Sequence record: SRR20825019_439
DNA length: 34,682 nucleotides
Strand: one strand, 5' to 3'
Shown: piece by piece, positions 8,698 through 22,600 of the stretch
Numbering within the stretch: the stretch's first letter is position 1
Layout: the number at the start of each line of letters is the position of its first letter
The notes under the pieces: generated by a model
Databases searched by the model: none
What the model saw: only the letters and a program-made list of their open reading frames with translations
What the model was told of the DNA's origin: nothing
Translations under genes and position numbers: made by a program

Positions 8698-9840
8698 TTA
8701 GAAGTTGTACTGTGCTGCGAACAGGATGCGGCTTGCGTCGCCGTCGTCGCCGCTAACGTTTTCACGCTTCAGGAACGCGTATTCAACGCCCATCATCACG
8801 TTATTGACCGGAGTCCACTGGTAGTTAGCCATTACAGCTGAGTTGGATTCGCTCTGGCCCGCAACGGCAACGCCATCATCTTCGGCATCGTCCCAATCTA
8901 CTTCGACAATACCATAGCCAACGTTGATGCTACGTCCGCCGCCCAGATTGAAGCCTGCGCCAACAGTTCCACCGTAACCAGAAATGGTTTCTACGTCACC
9001 AGACGCGGGATCAACGTAGGCGCTTGCGGCACCGAAGTTTTCGCCGGAACGATAGAGGTAGCTGTTAGCACCGTTCGTGTAGCTCAGGGAGCCCTGAACA
9101 GTGATCATGTCACTGAGTGCCATCTTGGCAGCGACAAAGGTAGCAAAGCCCATTGCGCTTTCGTCTTCAGTTCCGGTGTCATAGCCAACTTGGTGAGCCA
9201 GAACAGCGGCTGAGTATGACAGGCCGCCAGCAGAGTCTTGCAGGCGAGCTGTGAGTGCTGGCAACGAATCTTTCTGCGCAGCATTAGCTGGCGCTGTTAC
9301 GAAAGAGCTCTGTGGATCTTCCAGAGAGAGGGAGAGAGGGCCCGTAGTGTAACGCGCTTGTGTAGTACGTGACTGATAGCCTGCAACGCCCGGGAGAGAG
9401 TCGAAGTCCAGAGTTGAGGTGTTGCCGACAAAACTGGTGAAGTTCGACCAGGTTTGTCCCATCAGTACGCCATTGTATTCACCATAGGCATGGCGCAGGC
9501 GCAGTGAACCGCCGCCGCTGCCGCGGAAGTCGCCTTCAACGTTAATTTTGACGCCCTCGGGTGATACGGTTTTCACGCCGATCCGGCTCTGAAAAGCGTC
9601 AGCGCCGAAGTGGCCATCTGGCGCGTCGTCATTGTTGACAAGCCCGCTGTAGGAGCCTGACCGCGTGCTCAGAGCCTGGTTGCTGTCAATGTCGTAGGAA
9701 GCGTTTAAGCGAGCATAGCCATAGATATCGGTCTGGTAACCACCTGTTTCAAAGCTGACCGCTTGTGCCTGCGCAGCTACCCCCAAAATTGCTACCGCAG
9801 CCGTTGAACGAATTGCCATTCTTAATTTGTTGCTTTGCAT
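8698..9840 (-). CDS. DcaP-family trimeric outer-membrane porin
   Basis: Signal peptide (AQAQA), IYGYARLNASYD, QSRIG, LRLRHAYGEY, GQTWSNF and C-terminal QYNF. Start reset to MQSNK (ATG 9840, GGAG 9 nt upstream). Confidence 0.85.
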   Translation of the reverse strand: MQSNKLRMAIRSTAAVAILGVAAQAQAVSFETGGYQTDIYGYARLNASYDIDSNQALSTRSGSYSGLVNNDDAPDGHFGADAFQSRIGVKTVSPEGVKINVEGDFRGSGGGSLRLRHAYGEYNGVLMGQTWSNFTSFVGNTSTLDFDSLPGVAGYQSRTTQARYTTGPLSLSLEDPQSSFVTAPANAAQKDSLPALTARLQDSAGGLSYSAAVLAHQVGYDTGTEDESAMGFATFVAAKMALSDMITVQGSLSYTNGANSYLYRSGENFGAASAYVDPASGDVETISGYGGTVGAGFNLGGGRSINVGYGIVEVDWDDAEDDGVAVAGQSESNSAVMANYQWTPVNNVMMGVEYAFLKRENVSGDDGDASRILFAAQYNF

Positions 9841-9880
9841 CTTTGTTGTCTCCACACATTATTTTTGTTGGACCCACTTC

Positions 9881-9941
9881 AAAGTAGTTACGAATTCATG
9901 ACATTTCAAATAAATTCTTGCATTAATTAGACGAATGTCTA
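9881..9941 (-). promoter_or_regulatory. Porin sigma70 promoter with an upstream palindromic activator site
   Basis: TTGAAA (9904-9909)-17bp-TACTTT (9881-9886) on the minus strand. TAGAC-GAAT-GTCTA palindrome at 9928-9941. Confidence 0.6.
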
Positions 9942-10046
9942 TGCAACGAAATCGCCGGTTTAGGGGAACTTTTTGAGGGTTGTGTTTATTTCCTTCTTCC
10001 AGTAAAGCGGAACATCGGTTATTTCCAGCGGTGCGTACCTGGTGCT

Positions 10047-11498
10047 ATGACGAAAAATACTCAGATTCTCGGCTCGGCCACGTTTGCCTTTCTCGATATT
10101 GAAACCACGGGCGGCAACTCCTCCCACGATCGAATCACGGAAATTGGTATCCGTTTCTGGCGAGCGGGGGAGGTGGTTGGCGAGTGGCAAACCCTGATCA
10201 ATCCGGAAACCCGGATTTCACCCTTCATAGAGAGCCTGACCGGTATTTCCGACGCCATGGTGGCGGATGCGCCAGTGTTTGAAGACATTGCCGGGGTGTT
10301 AGAAGAGCAGCTGAAAGACACCATTTTCGTGGCCCATAATGCGCGGTTTGATTACGGATTTATCAAGGCCGAGTTCCGGCGGCTGGGCTTGCTGTTCTCA
10401 GCGAAAGTGCTCTGTACCGTTAAATTGTCCCGCACGCTGTACCCTGGTTTTCGACGCCACAATATGGATGCATTGATTGAGCGTCATCATCTGGAACAGG
10501 TGCAGCGACATCGCGCGCTGGGGGATGTCTCCGCGATGATGGCGTTTTTCGAGCATGCCTTGGCTGAGAAAGGAAACGATGCCATGGAAGCGGCCATCCG
10601 CAATTTACTCCAGAGGCCCAGCATTCCGTCCAACCTGCCCACCGATGTGCTTCAGGATCTTCCGCGTGGGCCGGGAGTGTATCGATTCTACGGTGAAAAC
10701 GACGCTCTTCTGTACGTAGGTAAAAGTACTAACATTGCCCAGCGTGTGGCCTCTCACTTCTCTGGTGACCACAATTCCAGCCGCGGCATCCGCATGTCTG
10801 AGAGTCTGCGACGGGTGGACTGGACCGAAACCGCTGGCGAGCTGGGCGCGTTACTGCTTGAATTGAAGCAAATAAAGCAGTTGAAGCCACTGTTTAACCG
10901 GCGTTCCCGGGCAGCGAAGAATCTGGTGAGCATTGAGCTGGCGGAGAATTCGTCGGGGTATCTGCAGGCGCGCCTGGTGTGGGAGATTGAACCGCACCGG
11001 CTGGGTGACTATTTTGGTTTGTTTCGCAGCAAGAAAGACGCCGAAAAGGCACTCAGTGGCATCGCCGCGAAGAACGATCTTTGCAACAAGTTACTGGGGC
11101 TGGAACCCGACGGTGATGGCCCTTGTTTTCAGCGTAGCCTGGGTCGCTGTAGAGGCGCCTGTGACGGCGGTGAGGATGTTGTCCGCTACAATTTGAGAAC
11201 CCAGATTGCCTTCCACGGACTACGGCTGAAAACCTGGCCCTGGAAAGGGCCGGTCGGAGTTGTGGAGCACAATGTCAGAACCGGCAGGACCGATATCCTG
11301 GTGGTTTACAACTGGATGCACGTGGCCACGCTGCGGGGGATGGACGAGATTGACGGACTTTCTTTGCGCGACCAGGCCGTCAATTTCGACCTGGATTCCT
11401 ACAAGCTGGTGGTCAAAGCCCTGATGGGGCAGGATGGGCGCTCGCTGAAAGTGATAGAGCTGGATGCGGTGGGCGCGCCGGATGTGCTCATGCCCTGA
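10047..11498 (+). CDS. DEDDh 3'-5' exonuclease (DnaQ/epsilon-like) fused to a GIY-YIG (Cho/UvrC-like) endonuclease
   Basis: FLDIETTG, VAHNARFD, LCT and HRALGD, then PGVYRFYG..LLYVGKS..QRVASHF, and a Cys cluster (LCN...PCFQRSLGRCRGAC). Confidence 0.88.
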   Translation: MTKNTQILGSATFAFLDIETTGGNSSHDRITEIGIRFWRAGEVVGEWQTLINPETRISPFIESLTGISDAMVADAPVFEDIAGVLEEQLKDTIFVAHNARFDYGFIKAEFRRLGLLFSAKVLCTVKLSRTLYPGFRRHNMDALIERHHLEQVQRHRALGDVSAMMAFFEHALAEKGNDAMEAAIRNLLQRPSIPSNLPTDVLQDLPRGPGVYRFYGENDALLYVGKSTNIAQRVASHFSGDHNSSRGIRMSESLRRVDWTETAGELGALLLELKQIKQLKPLFNRRSRAAKNLVSIELAENSSGYLQARLVWEIEPHRLGDYFGLFRSKKDAEKALSGIAAKNDLCNKLLGLEPDGDGPCFQRSLGRCRGACDGGEDVVRYNLRTQIAFHGLRLKTWPWKGPVGVVEHNVRTGRTDILVVYNWMHVATLRGMDEIDGLSLRDQAVNFDLDSYKLVVKALMGQDGRSLKVIELDAVGAPDVLMP

Positions 11499-11538
11499 GT
11501 GGCGTATGATTAACTGTATCTTTTCACGTTTTGTTTGA

Positions 11539-12765
<1,227 letters not shown>

Positions 12766-12815
12766 CAGACGTTAATCCGCGACAGTAACCACAAGCATGA
12801 TGACAGGAGCCGCCT

Positions 12816-13832
12816 ATGTGGCTGGTACGTCCGGCTCAGCCGGGTGACCTGAACGACATACTCGACATCGCCGGGGGCCAGGGCCCCCGGATGTCATCCA
12901 CCCTGCCCAAAAAAGAGGACGCACTGTCCACCAAGATTGATCAATCCACCCGCTCCTTTGCCGGCACAAACAAACCCGACGAACCCAAGCGGTTCCTGTT
13001 CGTACTGGAAGACACCCGTACAGGTAAGGTGCAGGGCGTATCGGGTATCGATGCCCGGGCGGGTAATGGGCAGCCGTTCTACAATTACCGTCAGGACGCA
13101 CTTATCCATGCCTCCCATGAGCTGGGCGTTTCGCGCCGGGTGGAGGTTCTGTACCCATCCCATGCGCTGACCGACCACACGCTGTTGTGCTCTTTCGCCA
13201 TCAGGCCGGAGCTGCGTGGTACTGACGCCTTCGAGCTGCTGTCCCGTGCCAGGATGCTGTTTATCGCCAGCCATCGCTCGCTGTTCACGGATAAGGTGGT
13301 TGTGGAGATACAGGGTGTGCAGACGGAAGACGGCGAGGTGCCGTTCTGGGACAGTCTGGGGCGGCATTTCTTTAATATGGATTTTGAAACCGCAGACCAA
13401 TATTCCGGGTTGTTGAGCAAAACCTTTATTGCAGAACTGATGCCGCCCAACCCGATCTACGTCACGCTGCTCAGCCAAGCCGCTCAGGATGCGCTAGGGC
13501 AGCCTCACTCTCAAACCCAGGCGACGTACGAGTTACTTCAGCGCGAAGGGTTCCGGGCGGGATGCTATCTCGATATCTTCGATGCCGGGCCGGTACTGGA
13601 AGCTCGCACCGATGCGCTCAGGTCTGTTGTGACCAGTCATCCGAAAACCCTGCATGCCGCCCATACTGACGATGGCGAAACCTGCCTGATTTGTGGTGGT
13701 GAGGGCGGGGATTTTCGTAGCACACTGACCCCGCTCGCGGAGAGCCTGCAGGACCAAGTGAAAGTGTCGCCGAAAACCTGGGAATACCTGGGCCTGAGCT
13801 CCGGTAACACGGTACGGGTGACACCATTATGA
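12816..13832 (+). CDS. aruF: Arginine N-succinyltransferase alpha subunit
   Basis: AstA-family motifs (FLFVLED, PFYNYR, LLSRARMLFIA, PFWDSLGRHFF, FIAELMP, DIFDAGP). Precedes the second paralog. Confidence 0.85.
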   Translation: MWLVRPAQPGDLNDILDIAGGQGPRMSSTLPKKEDALSTKIDQSTRSFAGTNKPDEPKRFLFVLEDTRTGKVQGVSGIDARAGNGQPFYNYRQDALIHASHELGVSRRVEVLYPSHALTDHTLLCSFAIRPELRGTDAFELLSRARMLFIASHRSLFTDKVVVEIQGVQTEDGEVPFWDSLGRHFFNMDFETADQYSGLLSKTFIAELMPPNPIYVTLLSQAAQDALGQPHSQTQATYELLQREGFRAGCYLDIFDAGPVLEARTDALRSVVTSHPKTLHAAHTDDGETCLICGGEGGDFRSTLTPLAESLQDQVKVSPKTWEYLGLSSGNTVRVTPL

Positions 13833-13869
13833 ACAGGGCAAGCACAGCAAGCACAGACAGGAGGCCGGA

Positions 13870-16397
<2,528 letters not shown>

Positions 16398-16410
16398 CGG
16401 AAGACGAGTC

Positions 16411-17751
16411 ATGGCCAAGCACGCAGTAGAAGCCAATTTTGATGGCCTGGTAGGGCCTACCCATAACTACGCCGGGCTTTCGTGGGGCAATGTGGCGTCC
16501 AAGTCCAACGTTCGCTCGGTGTCCAATCCGAAGGAAGCCGCCCTGCAGGGACTGGCGAAAATGAAGCGTCTGGCGGATCGCGGTTTTGTCCAGGGTGTTC
16601 TGCCGCCCCATGAACGCCCGCATATTCCGACCTTGCGGGCATTGGGGTTTACCGGTTCGGACCGCGACGTTCTCAGCGCGGCCGCCAAACAGAGCCCGTC
16701 TATCCTGGCTGCTGCCTCGTCGGCGTCTACCATGTGGACGGCCAATGCCGCTACGGTTTCGCCGAGTGCGGATACCTCCGATCACCGCGTACATTTTACG
16801 CCGGCGAACCTAAGCGCCAAGTTCCATCGCTCTATTGAGCATGTGGTCACCGGCCGGGCACTGAAATCCATCTTCGCGGACGACGCCTGGTTTGCACACC
16901 ATCCGGCGCTGCCGTCGGTCAGCCAGTTTGGTGACGAAGGCGCCGCCAACCACACCCGTCTGTGCGGCGGGTATGGTGAGCCGGGCGTTGAACTGTTCGT
17001 TTACGGCCAGATCGCCTTCAACGAACAGGCCCCGGCCCCGAAGCTGTATCCTGCACGCCAGACACTGGAGGCCTCCCAGGCCATCGCCCGCCTGCATGGC
17101 CTGAAAGACAGCCATGTGGTGTTCGCCCAGCAAAACCCGGCCGCGATTGATGCCGGGGTGTTCCACAACGACGTTATCGCCGTCGGTAATGGCAACGCCC
17201 TGTTCTACCACGAGCTGGCGTTTCTGGATGAAGAAACCGTGTTGGCTGATATCCGCTCGCGCCTGACAGGTGCAGAACTGGAAGCCGTGCGTGTCACCAG
17301 TGAGCAGGTGCCGCTGGAGGACGCTGTGGCCTCCTACCTGTTCAACAGTCAGTTGCTGAATACGCCCGATGGCATGATGCTGGCGGTGCCGGGTGAATGC
17401 CGTGAAATTGCGTCGGTCAGCCGCTATCTGGACGAGTTGGTGAACGACTCGGGGCCGATTACGTCGGTGGAGGTTTTCGACGTCAAACAGTCCATGCGCA
17501 ACGGTGGCGGTCCGGCATGTTTGCGTTTGCGGGTGGTACTGAACGACGACGAACTCAAGGCCATGCACCACGGCGTATTGCTAACCGACTCCCTGTATGA
17601 ACGCCTGACTACCTGGGTCGAGGCGCATTACCGGGAGGAGTTGTCGCAGGAGGATCTGGGCGACCCGATGCTGCTTGACGAAGTCCGTAAGGCTCTGGAT
17701 GAGCTGACCGGGATTCTTGGGCTTGGGTCTATCTACGATTTTCAGCTCTGA
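16411..17751 (+). CDS. astB: N-succinylarginine dihydrolase
   Basis: [38 protein letters not shown] and [15 protein letters not shown] motifs. Confidence 0.97.
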   Translation: MAKHAVEANFDGLVGPTHNYAGLSWGNVASKSNVRSVSNPKEAALQGLAKMKRLADRGFVQGVLPPHERPHIPTLRALGFTGSDRDVLSAAAKQSPSILAAASSASTMWTANAATVSPSADTSDHRVHFTPANLSAKFHRSIEHVVTGRALKSIFADDAWFAHHPALPSVSQFGDEGAANHTRLCGGYGEPGVELFVYGQIAFNEQAPAPKLYPARQTLEASQAIARLHGLKDSHVVFAQQNPAAIDAGVFHNDVIAVGNGNALFYHELAFLDEETVLADIRSRLTGAELEAVRVTSEQVPLEDAVASYLFNSQLLNTPDGMMLAVPGECREIASVSRYLDELVNDSGPITSVEVFDVKQSMRNGGGPACLRLRVVLNDDELKAMHHGVLLTDSLYERLTTWVEAHYREELSQEDLGDPMLLDEVRKALDELTGILGLGSIYDFQL

Positions 17752-17772
17752 TCCGGTTATCGTCCTCTTTTC

Positions 17773-18414
17773 TCAGGACGAGATAGAGGACGTCAGCATC
17801 TCCATAGTATGACGGATCAGTGATTCCTCAGAAAAGTTGTCCTCCAGGTCGCTCTCAGTTATTTCGCTCTGGCATAGCATGATGACGCCATGGAGGGCGC
17901 CACGGAGGTAGAGCGCGGTTTCAACCGGATTGTGGATACGCTCGCGGTTCATGGTGCCGTCTTCCAGCCCCAGGTGTATCGCACCGACCATCAGTTCCAT
18001 GGTTTCTGCCTTGCAGCCAAACATCTCGCCTGCCAGTTCATCATCTGCGTCTGCCATCGTCGTGGAGGCTGTTGTCAGTGCGGAGAAGTAATCCGGCTGC
18101 TCGCGGTAGAAGTTGTAATAGGCCACTCCCATGGCGGATATCTGAGCCAGCCCGGTATCCGCCGTCTGGCGAGCCTCCTCAAAGCGGCGGCACAGGCTGT
18201 GGCCGGCACGAAGCACGATGCCGCGCTGGATCGCCGCCTTGTCCTTGAAGTACACGTACAGCAATGCACGGCTGAGCGCGGCCGTGCGGGCGATGTCGTC
18301 CATGGATGTGCGCTCGTAGCCCTTCTCCGAAAACACCAGTTCCGCAGCATCCAGAATGCTTTCGTACCTGGCCTGCTTCTCTTTCTCTCTACGGGTTTTT
18401 AACGGCTCACTCAT
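17773..18414 (-). CDS. TetR/AcrR-family transcriptional regulator
   Basis: ILDAAELVFSEKGYERTSMDDIA..ALSRALLYVYFKDK HTH. Divergent from the RND operon. Confidence 0.93.
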   Translation of the reverse strand: MSEPLKTRREKEKQARYESILDAAELVFSEKGYERTSMDDIARTAALSRALLYVYFKDKAAIQRGIVLRAGHSLCRRFEEARQTADTGLAQISAMGVAYYNFYREQPDYFSALTTASTTMADADDELAGEMFGCKAETMELMVGAIHLGLEDGTMNRERIHNPVETALYLRGALHGVIMLCQSEITESDLEDNFSEESLIRHTMEMLTSSISS

Positions 18415-18477
18415 AGGGGGTTCCGGGTAATGGAGACTGCCATCTCATGATACATGGTTAGGGATGAAATCCGATTA

Positions 18478-18526
18478 TTGACAAATTGTCAAAGAATGAC
18501 ATTATGTCTGATAATGAACTTTTGTC
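18478..18526. promoter_or_regulatory. Three tandem GACA-N3-TGTC operators, candidate TetR sites overlapping the promoter
   Basis: TTGACAAATTGTCAA (18478-18492), GACATTATGTC (18498-18508) and GAACTTTTGTC (18516-18526) at an exact 18-bp period. A perfect -35 TTGACA lies in the first site. Confidence 0.7.
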
Positions 18527-18579
18527 CACCGGATGGATGATCAAAAACACCGTGACCATGGAAGAGAGAGGACTTCTCA

Positions 18580-19659
18580 ATGAACATCGCCCGGCGCTCC
18601 GCCATCGTTTCCCTCCTGGCCGCTGCAAGCCTCCTTGTCAGCGCCTGTAAATCCAGTGAACCGGCGCCTGAACAGGGTGCTGCCCCGGTAACAGTGCGTG
18701 CTGCCGAGGTGACGGGCGGCCAGACGGAGGGCGTTTCGCTGCGCTTTTCCGGTATCGTCCGGGCGGCCCAGCGGGCAACGCTGACGTTCCAGGTGAGTGG
18801 CACCCTTCGAGAACGCGCGGTTGAACTGGGGCAGACCGTCAAGACCGGTGACCTTCTGGCGCGGGTATATAACCCTGCACTGGAACCGGCGCGGGATTCC
18901 GCAGCCGCCCGGCTGGACGAACTGAGAACCCAATATGATCAGGCCAAACGGGAGTGGGAACGCTCCCGCCAACTGCACGAACGCGGGGTCGTTTCGGAGC
19001 AGGGGCTTGAACAACTGGCTTCCCGGCGGGACAGCCTGAAAGCCAGTATGGCAACGGCCGAAGCATCTCTTGCCGAGGCCACACGCTTACTGCGAGAGAG
19101 TGAACTGAGGGCGCCGTTCGACGGCCGGGTTGAAGCCTTGCTGGTGGAACGGGATGAGTTTGTGGCCTCCGGCCAGCCGGTGATGCGCCTGTCGTCCCCA
19201 GAGGGGCGCGAAGTGGAAGTGCGGGTACCGGCGTACATGCTCAACCATGTGTCGCTGTCGCAACTGCTGCCGGTCTGGTCGGTGCAGGATCGTAACCGTG
19301 CGCCAGTCACCGGCTCCATTGTGGAAATTGCCCAGCCCGGAGGTGTTCGCGGCGAGCTCCATCCGGTATTGGTCAGCCTGCCGGCAGATACCCTCGAACC
19401 CGGGGAGCCGGTGGAAGTGGGTATTACACCCCGTGAAACCGTGGCCACGACGGTGCCGTTGTTGTCAGTGATGAAATCCAACGGAGGCGCCAGCGTGTTC
19501 CGCATTTCCGATGGCGTTGCCCGCCGTGTGCCGGTGACGGTGCAGCGGATCATCGGTGAGCGTGTGGTGGTGGATGCCACCAATCTTAGTGCTGGTGATC
19601 AGGTGGTCTTTGCCGGCATGACCCGTATTTCCGACGGTGATGCCGTGGAGGTGCGCTGA
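18580..19659 (+). CDS. RND efflux periplasmic adaptor (MFP), lipoprotein
   Basis: Lipobox LVSAC, FQVSG..VELGQTVKTGDLLA lipoyl half, coiled hairpin and LRAPFDGRV. Confidence 0.9.
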   Translation: MNIARRSAIVSLLAAASLLVSACKSSEPAPEQGAAPVTVRAAEVTGGQTEGVSLRFSGIVRAAQRATLTFQVSGTLRERAVELGQTVKTGDLLARVYNPALEPARDSAAARLDELRTQYDQAKREWERSRQLHERGVVSEQGLEQLASRRDSLKASMATAEASLAEATRLLRESELRAPFDGRVEALLVERDEFVASGQPVMRLSSPEGREVEVRVPAYMLNHVSLSQLLPVWSVQDRNRAPVTGSIVEIAQPGGVRGELHPVLVSLPADTLEPGEPVEVGITPRETVATTVPLLSVMKSNGGASVFRISDGVARRVPVTVQRIIGERVVVDATNLSAGDQVVFAGMTRISDGDAVEVR

Positions 19660-22600
19660 TGTCACTGCGCCTGCTGAACTTTCAACGCTTGCTGGGCATG
19701 GTGGTGACCATGCTGTGCCTCCTGGGGATTGCGGCCTACAGCACCATGCCGCGCCAGGAAGACCCTTCATTTCCCTATCGCGCCGGTCTGATTAGCATCA
19801 ACTACCCAGGCGCCAGCGCCGAAGCCGTTGAGCGGCTGGTGCTGCAGCCATTGTCGGACGAGTTGCGCCAGGTGGAGGAGGTCGATTACACCCAGGCCAC
19901 TGCCCGCACTGGTGTGGCGATTTTCAACGTGCGCCTGAATGACACCATCTACGATACCGACTCCGCCTGGGATCGTGTCCGCCAGGCCATGGAGCGGGCG
20001 CGCCTGGATTTTCCCGATGACGTTGGCCAGATGGTGCTGGACGACCGCCTGATTGATATTCCTGCCATTATTCTTGCGGTCAGCGGTTCTGGTTCGGTTA
20101 CCGAACTGAGCGACGTGGCAGAGCGCCTGAAACAGAATCTGGCGGACATTTCCGGCGTGTCCCGTATTGAGCTGGAGGGTGACGCGGACGAACAGATCAC
20201 CCTGGCGCTGGACGACGCAGCCATGTACCGGCTGGGCATTTCTCCCGCACGCGTGCTGGACACGTTGGCGCGCCGCAACCAGACCACGCCGGGCGGTTTT
20301 GTTATCGCCGACGGTCGTCGTCTGTCGGTGTTGCCAAACAGCGAATTCACCAGTGTGGATGCCATTCGCGCGACGCCCATTGAACTGCCGGACGGCTCCC
20401 AGGTGCCCCTCGCTGCTGCCGCTGAAGTCTGGCGCGGCCCGGCGGAACCTCGACAGCCTGAGGCTTGGTACGACGGTGAACGGGTGGTGCTGGTTTCCAT
20501 GATCATGGAGGAGGGCAGTACCGACGCCATTCGGTTTGGCGAACGTGTGCGGGAACGGCTATCGACGATCCGTGACGAGTTCGCTCCCTACGAAATCCGC
20601 GAGATGTTCTTCCAGCCCGATAAGGTGGAAGAGCGGCTCGACAACCTGGCCTGGAGCCTGGTGATGTCCGTTATCATCATTGTGGCCGTGGTGTTCACCG
20701 GTATGGGCATCCGCATGGGGCTGCTGGTGGCGTCGATCCTGCCGATGGTGGCGCTGATCAGTATCGGCCTTTATGACTTGGGTGGTGGTGTACTGCACCA
20801 GATTGCTGTCATCGGCATGGTGATTTCCCTCGGTATCCTGATCGACAATGCCATTGTGATTGTCGAGAGCATTCAGGGATACCTGGATGACGGCATGCGA
20901 CGGTTGGACGCCCTGAAGCAATCTGTGAAAGAGCTGGCGGGGCCGTTGGGAGCCTCCACAGGTACTACCATTGCGGCGTTCATGCCGTTGTTGCTGTCCA
21001 AGGGTGGGACGGCGGATTTCACCCGTGGTGTGCCAGTGATGATCATGCTCACCCTCTCCGTCAGTTACCTGCTCGCGGTGTCTGCCGTACCACTGCTGGC
21101 GGCCCGCTTCCTGAAACCCCGCAAGACAGACGCGCGCGAAGACAAGCTGGTTGGGCTTTCCCGTTTTCTCGGCACCCTGGTGGCGAGGCGTCCGGGCACT
21201 TTGATCCTTGCGGGTACGGCGCTGGTGGTGTTCAGCCTGTCACTCACGCCATTCATGAAACAGCAGTTTTTCCCCAACGCGGATCGTCCCCAGGTGGTGG
21301 TTGAGCTTTACATGCCCGAAGGCACGGACCAGGAGCGCACGTCCAGTGTGGCGGCCGACCTTGAGCGTGCGATCCGCACCCGACCGGAGGCCCTGGAGGT
21401 GCATCGGTTTGTTGGTTTTACCGGGCCCAGTTTCTATTACAATCTGCAGCGCGAGCCCCAGGCGCCGAACCGCGGGCGAATCGTAATATCAACACCCACC
21501 CTGGAAGACACCACCGGCCTGGTACAGTGGATTCGCGACTACGCCGGGCACGAAATGCCGGAGTTGCAGCTAACGGCGGGAATCTTGGGGCAGGGGCCGC
21601 CACGGGCAGCGCCGGTGGAAGTGAGGGTTTATCATGCCAACGACGACACCCGCGCGCGTGCCGTGGAACAGGTGTTCTCGGCGCTACGCAGCGTTAAGGG
21701 CACAGTAGATGTGCGCCACAACCTGGATATCGGCGTACCGAGCATTGCCATCAATGTGGACGATGCCAGCGCGGCCCGTTACGGCCTGAACCGTGCCGAT
21801 GTTGCCCAAAGCCTCTATGGTCAGAGCTTTGGTGTGGTGGCTGAACAGTATCGCCAGGAGGAGGACCCGATTCCCCTGGTGTTGCGCTCCCGGGAAGGCA
21901 CCAGCCTGTCATTACCACGCCTGTTGTCGGTGAATATCTACAACGATCGGGGTGACGCGGTGCCTCTCTCCGCTATTGCCTCGGTGGAAACGTCCTGGCA
22001 ATCGGCGGCCCTGTTCCAGCGTAATGGCACCCGAATGAACACCGTCTGGTCCAACCTGATGGCAGGTTACAGCTTCAGTCAGGCCCTGGAAGGGCTGGAA
22101 GCAAGGCTTGCGGAAAACCCCCTGCCACCGGGTACACGGCTGGACATGGGCGGTGACGCCGAGGGCTCCGGCGATGCCAACAACGCCTTGCTGACCACGG
22201 CGCCTATTGGTGTGCTGTTGCTGCTGTTCTTTCTGTTAATTCAGTTCAATTCCTTCCGACGTGTCGGCATCATCCTGCTCACCGTGCCACTGGCCACCGT
22301 GGGTATCTTCCCGGGGTTGGTGTTCTCCGGCTCGCCGTTTGGTTTCCAGTCACTGCTGGGCGTTATCGCCCTGGTGGGGATTGTGGTGAACAACGCCATC
22401 GTATTGCTGGATGTGATGGATCGGCAGTTGGAGAAGGGGGATGGCATTCGGGATGCGGTTCGCAAGGCGGTGGAGCAGCGCACACGGCCTATCCTGCTGA
22501 CCACTGCGACCACCGTTGCCGGCTTGTTGCCGTTGGCGTTCTCCAGCTCCACCCTGTGGCCACCAATGGCCTGGGCCATTATCTCGGGCCTGCTGGCCTC

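Noticed and set aside
9841-9855. Longer porin start (METTK)
   Set aside because: The GTG overlaps the GGAG RBS that is correctly spaced for ATG 9840.
11514-11529. LexA-box-like CTGTATCTTTTCACGT
   Set aside because: The right half lacks the invariant CAG, and it lies downstream of the repair gene, in front of astC.
17760-17792. Alternative hairpins at the astB/tetR convergent junction (CGTCCT...AGGACG)
   Set aside because: Short stems, no clear U-tract and overlap with coding sequence; not supportable as a terminator.
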